Assembly (NCBI GenBank): GCA_019235595.1
Contig: JAFAKI010000156.1
Location: 1 to 33,422 of the forward strand
Reading direction: 5' to 3'
Length of the DNA stretch: 33,422 nt
Origin: Mucilaginibacter sp.
Lineage (GTDB): Bacteria > Bacteroidota > Bacteroidia > Sphingobacteriales > Sphingobacteriaceae
Part shown: positions 9,186 to 18,114 of the stretch, piece after piece
How the letters are laid out: each line of letters starts with the position of its first letter
Position numbering within the stretch: position 1 is the first letter of the stretch
Position numbers and translations under genes: made by a program
The notes under the pieces: generated by a model
The model's database searches: none
Seen by the model: the letters and a program-made list of their open reading frames with translations, nothing else
What the model was told of the DNA's origin: nothing

Positions 9186-12100
9186 TTATTTGGCATTAAG
9201 TTGATCAAAGTAAGATTTTATTTTTTGTTTATAGTACAAATTAAGTGCCGGAGATACTGTCTTAATTTGTTCGGTCTGCTTTTCTTTCGATTTTTGGTAG
9301 TCCTGCAACGCCTTAATGTATCCTGGAGGCATATCTTTTCCTACATTGCTTTCCCTTTTCTGATCCTGATCCCTTTGCTGCTGCGCCTTTTCTGCTTCAA
9401 GCATCCGGGTTTGAATCTGTTGCTGCCTCTTTAGCACTTCGTCTGTTATTCGCCTGTTTACGATATCGTTCTCAGTTTGTTCCATTTCTTTTGAAATTTT
9501 GTCCAAGTTGCCGAGACCTCCGGTGCCGTTTTTATTCTCTTCTTTATTAATTTCCTGCAGCGCCTGTCTTATCATTTCCTGTTGACGGGCCATTTTTACC
9601 AACTGTTCACTCATGCCAGCACGCTGACTTTGTGACATATTTCCACCCTGTTTTTGCAGCTGATCGCGCATCTGCTGCATATTCTGGTTCAATTGCTGCT
9701 GCATCTTGTTCAGCTGCGATAACGAGGGTTGTTTGCCTTTTCCTTTTCCGCTTTTGCCATTCTTCATCGAATTTTGCAACTGCTCCAGCGCCTCGTTCAG
9801 CATCAGTGCCAGGTTGTTCATTGATGTCATGGCATACTGCTGATTTCTTGAAGCTTCTGCCGTCCGGCGGTCGCCCATGTTTTCCAACGACTCATCAATG
9901 TGACTATTTATGCTCGATATCTCCTGGTTTACAGTGGATTGTATTTGCGGAACCCGGCGACTCAGGGCATAAAGGCTGTCTTCTGCCGTTTTTAAATTGT
10001 CTTTTATGTTTTTTTGTTTTTGTGCTAATATAACATAATTTGGATCAGTTGGGTTAGTATTTTTCAACGTTTCCATAACTTTTTCCTGATCGAATGAGCT
10101 ATTAACGAGATTTTTTAACAATTCGCGTAACTGCTGCGCATCAACATTGTTTTGTGAGTCCTCTCCCTCCTGATTCTTATCCTCCATTTGCTTGGCCATC
10201 TGCTGCATTTGTTTAGATGCATCCTGCTGTGACTGAGCGGCTTTCTGCTTGTTGTTTTTCTGGAGTTCGTCAGAACTTTGATTCATTTGCTGGTCAATTT
10301 TCTGCTCCTCGCCTTTCGGGTTTTCGAAATTATTTTTTTGTTCGGCACTATCATTTTGCTTTTGCAGTTCATCCAGTGAGTTTTTCACATCCTGGAAATC
10401 CTGTTTGATTTTTTGCTGTTCCTGTTCCAGTTGTTTAGTGTCGGAATTTTGCTGTTTTGTTTGCTCAGAAAGTTTTTGTTGCCTGTCGGCCAATTGGTTA
10501 AGTGCGTTAATGTTCTGATTTAATTTCTGGTCAAATTCCAGTTTTTTATACAGTTGCAGTATACGGTCGAGCTCCTTTTTTAACGACTTGTTATCCATCT
10601 GCATTTTAGACAGTTCGTCGCGGGTAGCGTCTTTTTGCTCCTGATCCATTAACGCCTGTAATTTCTTCAGGAGATCCTGTGTTTTTGGGTCGAGCACATT
10701 GTTGAACAGATTTTCAATCTCTTTTTGTTTTTCCAGGATATCCTTGTTCTGCTGATCATTTTCCTGGCGGTTCACCATATTCTTTTTGTTCTCAGCCTGT
10801 ATATCTTTTACCAGGTTATCCAGATCCTTTTTCTTTTGCAGCAGGTCGTCTATCTGCTTCTTTTCATCAAAAGATAACGTGCTCTTGTCCAAAAGCTTTT
10901 GATTCAGCTTTTGCGATTCTTTTTCAATTTGCCCTGCAAGTTTTATAGCGGATTGCATTTTTTCTTTCACCACCTGCGTGCCCTTGTCCAATTCCTCATT
11001 CAGCTCTTTCTGATCCGGTACATTTAGCGTACGCTGTGGCGATCGTACTTTTTTTGGCCCGTTAACACCGTCGTTATCTGCTACTTCAAAATAATAAGTT
11101 ACCTGGTCGCCGGGTTTTGCACCCAATTGCTTCATGTCCCAGAAATAAAAGAAATTAGCCTGGGTTTTGCTTAGATCAGCTTTAACCGAATGTGTTATGG
11201 TACGCTCAGAACTTTTATCGCCAGGGGTGCCAATCTTATAGTTGAAAGTCAATGACGAAAAGCCATGGTCATCCTGAATTTTCCCGTTAAAATAAAGTGC
11301 CTTGCTGCTGATAGAGTCAGATTTTTCTTCAACCGTGATAGCAGGCGGTTCATCAGCAATCACGTTAATTCGGTAAGCTGCTGAATCCCCCCGGCTAACA
11401 TTAGCATTTTGCGGACTGATCTTATAAAATGAGTTTTTGTAGATTCTTTTAGTATGTTCAAACGCATCGTCACCTGATTTAATTGCGCTAGTTCGATTAT
11501 TATTCATATCGAACTGTATCCCGGTAGCATTTTGCGTATGAAACTGCCATTTTACCGTGGTACCTGCAGGCAAGGTAAGATCGCCGGCATTAAGTAATTG
11601 TTCTGATTTCTTATTCAGGTAAGCGGGGTAGATCAACTGCACATCAAAATGCAGCAAAGAAGGCTTTAAGTTGACTTTTATCTCATAGGGTAGAGATGTG
11701 AATCCGTTAGCAGTTAACCGGAAGCTTGTATTTTTTTGCAAATTGCTAAACTGGTAATGAAAATGACTGATATTCTCCTTGTCCAGCTTAAAAGTATTGT
11801 TGGCGGTTTCGATATAGACATCCGAGGGAAGCTTATTGCCATCCAGTTTTAAATTTAGTTTCAAATCACCCCCCTGAACAACAGACAGCGATTGGTTCAA
11901 AACCACAAACTTAAAAGGGGCTACCGGTGCAAAGTATTCATTATGCCTTATGATCCTTTTGGTACTTTCTGTTAGGATAGAGGGTGCCGCCAATGCAATA
12001 ACGCAGATAACCGCAGCCGGAAATATCACCCATTTTAAGTATTTGGTGTTCTCTTTTATATTGATGGCTGATGGAAAGCTTACCGGTTTTAGCGTTTCGA

Positions 12101-12515
12101 TTTTCTGGTCGATACTGGCCTCTATCAGTTCGCGTTGCTGCTGGTTGCTGTCGGCCAGTTTTTTAAGCTGGAGTGTATTCAGTAGCTTGTCACTCACATC
12201 GGTAAAATGTTTGCCGATGATTTCTGCTGCCTGATCGTGTGTAATGGTTTTACCCAATTCCAGCCATGCCAAAAGGGGGGGTAGGATGAGCCATGCAATC
12301 AACCCCAGATTCAGCAAAATAAAAAAGTAGAAAAGGAAAGTGCGAAAACCAGAATTGAAGTTGCCGTAATACTCGCTGACGGTGATAATTATGTAAGCAG
12401 AAAAAATACCTGCGCCCAAAAAAATGAGCCCCCGCAGCAAATTGTTGAAATAATACTTGCGGATGAAAGTATCGATCTTGCTGATTAACAACTCGTAGTT
12501 TTCCGATGACCGCAT
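9186..12515 (-). CDS. Large membrane-anchored Gln-rich coiled-coil protein (DUF4175-like)
   Basis: 1109 aa; three N-terminal TM segments, beta-rich middle (IQDDHGFS, YYFEVADNDGVNGPK), long Q/K/E-rich helical C-terminal half. Confidence 0.78.
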   Translation of the reverse strand: MRSSENYELLISKIDTFIRKYYFNNLLRGLIFLGAGIFSAYIIITVSEYYGNFNSGFRTFLFYFFILLNLGLIAWLILPPLLAWLELGKTITHDQAAEIIGKHFTDVSDKLLNTLQLKKLADSNQQQRELIEASIDQKIETLKPVSFPSAINIKENTKYLKWVIFPAAVICVIALAAPSILTESTKRIIRHNEYFAPVAPFKFVVLNQSLSVVQGGDLKLNLKLDGNKLPSDVYIETANNTFKLDKENISHFHYQFSNLQKNTSFRLTANGFTSLPYEIKVNLKPSLLHFDVQLIYPAYLNKKSEQLLNAGDLTLPAGTTVKWQFHTQNATGIQFDMNNNRTSAIKSGDDAFEHTKRIYKNSFYKISPQNANVSRGDSAAYRINVIADEPPAITVEEKSDSISSKALYFNGKIQDDHGFSSLTFNYKIGTPGDKSSERTITHSVKADLSKTQANFFYFWDMKQLGAKPGDQVTYYFEVADNDGVNGPKKVRSPQRTLNVPDQKELNEELDKGTQVVKEKMQSAIKLAGQIEKESQKLNQKLLDKSTLSFDEKKQIDDLLQKKKDLDNLVKDIQAENKKNMVNRQENDQQNKDILEKQKEIENLFNNVLDPKTQDLLKKLQALMDQEQKDATRDELSKMQMDNKSLKKELDRILQLYKKLEFDQKLNQNINALNQLADRQQKLSEQTKQQNSDTKQLEQEQQKIKQDFQDVKNSLDELQKQNDSAEQKNNFENPKGEEQKIDQQMNQSSDELQKNNKQKAAQSQQDASKQMQQMAKQMEDKNQEGEDSQNNVDAQQLRELLKNLVNSSFDQEKVMETLKNTNPTDPNYVILAQKQKNIKDNLKTAEDSLYALSRRVPQIQSTVNQEISSINSHIDESLENMGDRRTAEASRNQQYAMTSMNNLALMLNEALEQLQNSMKNGKSGKGKGKQPSLSQLNKMQQQLNQNMQQMRDQLQKQGGNMSQSQRAGMSEQLVKMARQQEMIRQALQEINKEENKNGTGGLGNLDKISKEMEQTENDIVNRRITDEVLKRQQQIQTRMLEAEKAQQQRDQDQKRESNVGKDMPPGYIKALQDYQKSKEKQTEQIKTVSPALNLYYKQKIKSYFDQLNAK

Positions 12516-12621
12516 AATTTACTTCAGACAAATACGCTAAATATAGTTTTAACGCAACCTAACTATCAAAATTATAACTTTTAAATGATAATCGTGCATT
12601 TCAAAACCGACGTAGCCGTCG

Positions 12622-12629
12622 TATATTTG
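12622..12629 (+). promoter_or_regulatory. Bacteroidota -7 promoter element (TAnnTTTG) for marR-MFS
   Basis: TATATTTG ending 37 nt before the marR ATG. Confidence 0.6.
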
Positions 12630-12666
12630 TAAGGCAAACTGATAAGTTTAACTAACTAATTTTGTT

Positions 12667-13104
12667 ATGACTCAACATCCTGATCTGGAACTGGCATCTG
12701 AACTGAGAACGCTGTTCACCCGGTTGATCAAAAAACTAAGAAAAGAATCGGTAACCGGCCAGCATCTTTCGCTTACCGAGCGGTCGACTATGTCGAGGCT
12801 TTATCAGCAAAAGCAACTAGTGCCAAGCGAATTGGCGATTTCTGAAAAAATCACTAACCAATCGATGTCGCAGATATTAAATCACTTGCTTCAACTGGGA
12901 TATATCACTCGTACAGCGTCTGATACTGATAAACGCAAAGTGCTGATCTCCCTTACAGAATTAGGCGAAAAAGTGTTGCTTCAATTTCGTGCCGAAAGAG
13001 ACCAGTGGCTGGCCAAAGCGATAAGTGACAGCTGTAACGAAGAAGAAATAAACCTGCTTAAAAAAGTGATAGGGCCTTTGAACAAGGTGATAGATCACGG
13101 ATAA
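12667..13104 (+). CDS. MarR family transcriptional regulator
   Basis: 145 aa; winged-helix pattern ELAISEKITNQSMSQILNHL...DTDKRKVLISLTELG. Confidence 0.92.
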   Translation: MTQHPDLELASELRTLFTRLIKKLRKESVTGQHLSLTERSTMSRLYQQKQLVPSELAISEKITNQSMSQILNHLLQLGYITRTASDTDKRKVLISLTELGEKVLLQFRAERDQWLAKAISDSCNEEEINLLKKVIGPLNKVIDHG

Positions 13105-13140
13105 AAGCAGCACCATCAAAGCCATCTATCCTAAGAATAA

Positions 13141-14400
13141 ATGAAAATTACAACTTTTAATGCATTTCGGAGCCGCAACTACCGGCTATATTTTACAGGA
13201 CAATCCATTTCACTCATCGGAACATGGATGCAAAAAACAGCCGTAAGCTGGGTGATCTATTCGCTTACCCACTCCACCTTTGTGCTGGGGCTCACCTTAT
13301 TTGCAAGCCAGTTTCCCTCTTTTGTGCTTTCACTGCTTGGCGGCGTGGTGTCTGACCGGTACGATCGTTTTAAGGTAATGTTGTGCACCCAAATCGCATC
13401 GATGATTCAAGCTTCTATTTTGGCGATATTGATATTGTCAGGTCATTACGTCGTTTGGGAAATACTCGCGCTAAGTGTCTTGCTGGGTATCATCAACGCC
13501 TTTGATGTACCCGCGCGGCAATCCATGGTGTATGAGATGATTGAGGACAAAAAAGACCTGCCCAATGCATTGGCGCTCAATTCATCTATGGTTAATTTAT
13601 CCAGACTGATCGGACCTGCTATCGCAGGGTTTATACTGGAAAAGCTGGGGGACGGTACCTGTTTTGCGTTGAATGCCTTAAGCTTTCTGGCGGTGATAGG
13701 CTCGTTGTTATTGATGCGTTTGCCTAAATATATTCCGCAGGTACATGTCAAAAATGCCTTTGGCGAGATGAAAGAGGGATTCGAATACCTGAAACAAACG
13801 CCCTCACTGGCTTTTATCATCATTATGCTGGCACTTATCAGTTTTCTGGTTATGCCATTCAGTACCTTATTGCCGGTTTATGCGCGGGATATTTTTAAGG
13901 GAACCGCATCAACCTTCGGAATCATTGATAGCGTGATTGGCCTGGGTGCATTTAGTTGTGCCATATTCCTGGCATCATTAAAACCCGGGAGCAACCTGAA
14001 AAGAATACTTGCCATTAACACGCTGGTATTTGGCGCCGGAATAATACTCTTTTCGCATGAAGGAAATTACCCAATAGCCTTGGTGTTTGCCGCAGTGACG
14101 GGGTTCGGGATGATGTCTCAGGTTACGGTAAGCAATACTTTGATACAAACCACTGTGGAACCGAATATGCGGGGCCGTGTGATTAGTTTTTATGCGATGG
14201 CCGTTTTCGGCATGCAACCATTGGGCGGACTGCTGATCGGCTCGGTATCCAAATGGATCGGAACGCCTGATACGATGTTGGGCGAGGGGGTAATTGCCGT
14301 GCTGATAGGCTTACTGCATATGCGTTTTCTGCGGAAGGAGAAATTAAAAAAAGAACAGCCTTTGCCATCGTTAGGACAGCAAACGATACAGGCAGCCTAA
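13141..14400 (+). CDS. MFS transporter (MFS_3/DHA3-like)
   Basis: About 12 TM; GQSISLIGTWMQ, GGVVSDRYDR (motif A), FDVPARQS, MRGRVIS. Confidence 0.92.
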   Translation: MKITTFNAFRSRNYRLYFTGQSISLIGTWMQKTAVSWVIYSLTHSTFVLGLTLFASQFPSFVLSLLGGVVSDRYDRFKVMLCTQIASMIQASILAILILSGHYVVWEILALSVLLGIINAFDVPARQSMVYEMIEDKKDLPNALALNSSMVNLSRLIGPAIAGFILEKLGDGTCFALNALSFLAVIGSLLLMRLPKYIPQVHVKNAFGEMKEGFEYLKQTPSLAFIIIMLALISFLVMPFSTLLPVYARDIFKGTASTFGIIDSVIGLGAFSCAIFLASLKPGSNLKRILAINTLVFGAGIILFSHEGNYPIALVFAAVTGFGMMSQVTVSNTLIQTTVEPNMRGRVISFYAMAVFGMQPLGGLLIGSVSKWIGTPDTMLGEGVIAVLIGLLHMRFLRKEKLKKEQPLPSLGQQTIQAA

Positions 14401-15482
14401 TCTTTTAAGCCCTTCAAAAGGCCGTAATAGGCTGGTTTCTTTTTATAAAGTGAATCGAAAGAAAGCGGCCAGTCTTTCCTATGAAAAAAAGCTGGTATCC
14501 AGCTATCTGCATCTGAAAACTCCCAGGTAGTAATACCATATTGCTGGGCTGCTGGAACGGTTGCCCGGTAAGTCTCAGCGATAAATTGAAATTTGCCGGC
14601 TTGTGCTATCTGTAGCGCACTTGTAAAAACAATATTGGGGTCATTCCCGGGATTTACTGAAATATCCAATTCAGAAATATGAACTTTTAACCCTGTTGCT
14701 GCAAGTTTTTTTAGCGCGGTGGTGATGCCGGCATTATCGGCATTTATATCGATGTGCATCTGCATACCGATGCCTGATATAGGTACGCCCCTGTTTTTTA
14801 GGCCAACCACTAAAGCGATCATTGAATCGAGTTTTACACTGTTCCATTCCTGCCCGTAATCGTTATAAAATAAAAGAGCTTGTGGGTCAGCCTCATGAGC
14901 ATATTGAAAGGCGCGTGCAATATAATCAGGCCCCAGATGCCTGCGCCAGATACTACCATCGCCTGGATTAACGTCCTGATTGCGCAATGTGCCGTCATCG
15001 TCGCGGATCGCCTCATTAACCACATCCCATGATGCAACCTGCCCTTTGTAATGAGCAGCTTCGGATTCAATATGTGTTTTGAAAAGGTTTTCCCAGGCCA
15101 CAGAATCACCCTGAAAATTAATCACCCAATTTGGTAAGGCCTGATGCCAGATCAAATTATGGGCATGCACCCTTATATGATGCTGTGCAGCAAATGCTAC
15201 TAAAAAATCGCCATCAGTATAATTATAAACTCCATTTTGGGGCTCTGTCCAATCAAATTTTAGTTCATAATCAGGTGTAATGCTATTATATTCAGTAGTT
15301 AAAGTCCCCTGGTAATAATAACTCCCTTTTATGCGGGGCGAATTGACCGCTGAACCCATAGGGAATGAAGCAGTTGACTGCAAAGTGATAAACTGTTGCG
15401 GTTCAGCAGCGGGCTTCTTTTTACAACTTGTTATTAAAGCTAAAGAATACCATATAACTAATGGAATGACAGTTTTTCTCAT
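14397..15482 (-). CDS. GH10 endo-1,4-beta-xylanase, predicted lipoprotein
   Basis: HNLIWH, WDVVNE (acid/base Glu), LFYNDY, GIGMQMH, HISELDI (nucleophile Glu); lipobox-like LITSC after ATG 15482. Confidence 0.9.
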   Translation of the reverse strand: MRKTVIPLVIWYSLALITSCKKKPAAEPQQFITLQSTASFPMGSAVNSPRIKGSYYYQGTLTTEYNSITPDYELKFDWTEPQNGVYNYTDGDFLVAFAAQHHIRVHAHNLIWHQALPNWVINFQGDSVAWENLFKTHIESEAAHYKGQVASWDVVNEAIRDDDGTLRNQDVNPGDGSIWRRHLGPDYIARAFQYAHEADPQALLFYNDYGQEWNSVKLDSMIALVVGLKNRGVPISGIGMQMHIDINADNAGITTALKKLAATGLKVHISELDISVNPGNDPNIVFTSALQIAQAGKFQFIAETYRATVPAAQQYGITTWEFSDADSWIPAFFHRKDWPLSFDSLYKKKPAYYGLLKGLKD

Positions 15483-16651
15483 CGCCAAAAAGCAGGTTTT
15501 TGCTGAGTTCCCCTGATAGTGCAATCTACACATTCCCTTGTACTATAAAGAAAGCCTATGATACCACCACCGGAAGCCGATATAGCGCTTGTTGCAAAAT
15601 AATCTATAGGGGGATTGATCAGCGTGTTTTGAACCTGGTTGGTACCTGTTTTATCGAGATATAGGGCAGTATCCTGCTCACAGGTATAGGGATAGATAGG
15701 TAGTACATTTCCGGGCAGGTCCTCATGCTTTATAAAAATTCTTTTAGATTGTACGTTGGTGGCGGATACATAGCCGATTACCGGCTCTGCCGGGTTAGCG
15801 GTGTTGTGTATATTCCCGCTGATTTCAGAAGGCAGTGCGTCGAAAATACTGCCCAATTGTTCGGTATTCTTTTTAAGATTCTGATAAAAATTAAAAGCAT
15901 CCTGGGTAAGCGCATACTGCCTGAGCATGATAGAATATTTTGATTCGACTTTTTCCGATGTCAATGGAATTTGCGTAATCGACGACTGGTAAACCACATC
16001 AGATCTTAAATTTTGGGTGGAGGTAAGAACGATGGATGATGATTTGTCGTTACCAAAGCAATAAAATATAGACTGTTGCGAAGTTCGGGGTACTATCTTA
16101 TCGGTTGTGGGGTCTAAAACGTAAATCGAAGCATATTTTGCATGGAATATCCAGGTCTCGTCAAAGTCCCACATGTAATAATGGGTTTGGTTTGCAGCGT
16201 CATGGGTGTTTACGTACAGGTTAACCACGCTATCTTTAACAATATTATAGCCCAGGCTGTCGATTGGCGGCGTCGGTTTTATTGTCACAAAATCTGATAG
16301 ATATTGACTGCCATTGGTTTGAATACGGAGGCGATATCTTTGAGAAGCAGGAAGGTTAAGACCGGATATGGAGTTGTAGTGCCCGTTGTAGTTTACATCG
16401 TACAAGGTATATGTGCCGCCTTGTTCGCCCTCAACGGTTACGGTTGCACCTAAAACCGGGTTGTTGGTTATTTTATCTGTTAGTTTTACAGTGCGGCTTA
16501 TTTTTATAACCGTGGAATCATTACCGGTGTTGATAACGCCCTCAACCACCAGGTAACTGTTTGAGGTTGATGTTGCCGGCGGATTATAAGGCTTTTTGCA
16601 GCACAGTAATCCTAGGATACACAGAAAAAACAGGTTGCGCAACTTGGTCAT
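15479..16651 (-). CDS. DUF4249-family lipoprotein
   Basis: Lipoprotein-like start (LGLLCCKKP), LVVEGVIN, GSIFDALPSEISGNI, EPVIGY, C-terminal ECVDCTIRGTQQKPAFW; start could be 16651, 16663 or 16675. Confidence 0.8.
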   Translation of the reverse strand: MTKLRNLFFLCILGLLCCKKPYNPPATSTSNSYLVVEGVINTGNDSTVIKISRTVKLTDKITNNPVLGATVTVEGEQGGTYTLYDVNYNGHYNSISGLNLPASQRYRLRIQTNGSQYLSDFVTIKPTPPIDSLGYNIVKDSVVNLYVNTHDAANQTHYYMWDFDETWIFHAKYASIYVLDPTTDKIVPRTSQQSIFYCFGNDKSSSIVLTSTQNLRSDVVYQSSITQIPLTSEKVESKYSIMLRQYALTQDAFNFYQNLKKNTEQLGSIFDALPSEISGNIHNTANPAEPVIGYVSATNVQSKRIFIKHEDLPGNVLPIYPYTCEQDTALYLDKTGTNQVQNTLINPPIDYFATSAISASGGGIIGFLYSTRECVDCTIRGTQQKPAFWR

Positions 16652-16836
16652 AAATTTAGGCATTGTATTAAGCATGAGGCAAGGGAACGCCCTTAGCTTA
16701 ATTGGCTGATACCAAATATAACTAAATGTTTATTTATATAACTAAAAAATTCTTTTGTAAAAGACAGGGTTAATTATGTTATTAAACGGGGAAAATTTGT
16801 TTGCTGTATATATATTTGTACCTCTGGTTAATTTTT

Positions 16837-16910
16837 CGGGATGTAGCGTAGCCCGGTATCGCGCCAGCATGGGGTGCTGGAGGTCGTGGGTTCGAATCCC
16901 GCCATCCCGA
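16837..16910 (+). tRNA. tRNA-Pro(GGG)
   Basis: Acceptor CGGGATG/CATCCCG, anticodon arm CCAGC-ATGGGGT-GCTGG, T arm GTGGG-TTCGAAT-CCCGC; CCA not encoded; TATATTTG promoter element at 16811-16818. Confidence 0.97.
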
Positions 16911-16923
16911 CAAAAAAAAACTG

Positions 16924-16955
16924 TCCTTGCCTGTTGAAACAGGTGAGGATTTTTT
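16924..16955 (+). terminator. Intrinsic terminator after tRNA-Pro
   Basis: TCCTTGCCTGTT-GA-AACAGGTGAGGA followed by TTTTTT. Confidence 0.8.
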
Positions 16956-16979
16956 GTTTTGCGGCTTTGTAAACCGCAT

Positions 16980-17035
16980 GGTATCGCGTCCCGATAGGAT
17001 CGGGAAGGCCGTGGGTTCGAATCCCGTCATCCCGA
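16980..17035 (+). pseudogene. 5'-truncated tRNA-Pro-derived copy 1 (replaced anticodon arm, AGG)
   Basis: GGTATCGCG-TCCCG ATAGGAT CGGGA-AGGCC GTGGGTTCGAATCCCGT CATCCCGA aligns without gaps to tRNA 16855-16910; no CGGGATG 5' strand. Confidence 0.8.
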
Positions 17036-17046
17036 CATTGTTAAGG

Positions 17047-17077
17047 AGTCTTTGATCGAAAGGTTAAAGACTTTTTT
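17047..17077 (+). terminator. Intrinsic terminator after tRNA-like copy 1
   Basis: AGTCTTTGATC-GAAA-GGTTAAAGACT plus T run. Confidence 0.75.
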
Positions 17078-17079
17078 GT

Positions 17080-17138
17080 GGCATCGCGTCCCAATAGGAT
17101 CGGGGAATGTCGTGGGTTCGAATCCCACCATCCCGCCA
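17080..17138 (+). pseudogene. 5'-truncated tRNA-Pro-derived copy 2, more degenerate
   Basis: GGCATCGCGTCCCAATAGGATCGGGGAATGTCGTGGGTTCGAATCCCACCATCCCGCCA, 100 nt after copy 1, followed by a decayed version of the same terminator. Confidence 0.75.
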
Positions 17139-17242
17139 TGTTTAAAGAGTCTCTAATCTAAAGGTTGAACTAATACCTCGTATTAACCGCCCGTTTACGT
17201 CTACGTATCAGGAAACCAATAAGCAGTGCAATCAGCATAATG

Positions 17243-18049
17243 TTATCTTACTATTCCGGCAAAACGTTGGTAAAATGCTGTCGGGCTATGTTGATGTTTC
17301 GGGGCATATTCCCCCGCAATTATCGGAATATAGATTACCCTGCGGCGGCTCTCTTCCCCTGCAACAGATGATTGGGCCACCCTGTGCCAAAGCCGGCCGT
17401 CGTGTATGGTCAGGTCGCCTGCTTTTGGTAATATGGCCAGTTCGTGCCGATCGGGTTTGTTATCCAGAAAATAACGTTTGCGGAAAAGCAATTGAAAAAC
17501 GCTTTGTTTGTGCGTACCGGGAATAATGCGTAATCCTCCATTTTCTGGTTTGAGATTAGACAGGTGAATACCAACATTAAGCATAGGGTTAATTTTTTGG
17601 CCATGAAAAATATCACGCAGTCCATCGGTATGCCAACCCATTTTTATAAAACGGCTTTCGGGCCCGCTTACATAATGATTAAATACCATTCCGTCTTTTT
17701 CGTTTGTGCCCAGCCTTGCCTCTGGACCAATAAGGTTAAGTAAAATCCGAAAACGATTATCGGCGGCTAAATTCTCAAAAACCTGGTGCTGTTGATTAAT
17801 AAATGCAAAGCGCTGGATCAGCTTTTTGCCATCAAGATCGACGCCATACTTAAGCGGAACACCGTTAATTTTATAAGTTTCGCTTTCAATCAGCTGTTGC
17901 TGAACTTCGTAAGAAGCGTCAGTAAGTTGTTTTACTGCTTCCGGGCTTATAAAATTTTCGAAGTGTATAAATCCATGCTCATTAAAGAACTCGCGCTGCT
18001 CAGTTGTGATGAAGGCGCCTAAATTAAACTTAGGGTATAAATTTTCCAT
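17243..18049 (-). CDS. Phytanoyl-CoA dioxygenase (PhyH) family Fe(II)/2-oxoglutarate oxygenase
   Basis: FFNEHGFIHF, GWHTDG (HxD), ENGGLRIIPGTH, AGDLTIHDGRLWH (distal His), SRRR. Confidence 0.9.
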   Translation of the reverse strand: MENLYPKFNLGAFITTEQREFFNEHGFIHFENFISPEAVKQLTDASYEVQQQLIESETYKINGVPLKYGVDLDGKKLIQRFAFINQQHQVFENLAADNRFRILLNLIGPEARLGTNEKDGMVFNHYVSGPESRFIKMGWHTDGLRDIFHGQKINPMLNVGIHLSNLKPENGGLRIIPGTHKQSVFQLLFRKRYFLDNKPDRHELAILPKAGDLTIHDGRLWHRVAQSSVAGEESRRRVIYIPIIAGEYAPKHQHSPTAFYQRFAGIVR

Positions 18050-18114
18050 GTAAAAAAGATGAATTGTAAGTAAAAAACCTGTTTAAGGATGGAGTGGGGG
18101 ACGTTAGATTATGA

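Noticed and set aside
9400-10900. CTG/TTG-rich quasi-repeats
   Set aside because: Explained by Gln-rich coiled-coil coding on the minus strand.
16782-17030. 82-aa minus-strand ORF
   Set aside because: Antisense to tRNA-Pro and its copy; GWRDSNPRPP is a typical tRNA-antisense translation.
16855-17138. CRISPR array interpretation of the three repeats
   Set aside because: The repeats are tRNA-derived and degenerate, the spacers are terminator hairpins with two related to each other, and there are no cas genes.
16980-17138. Intact additional tRNA genes
   Set aside because: Neither copy has the 5' acceptor strand or the 5' side of the D stem.
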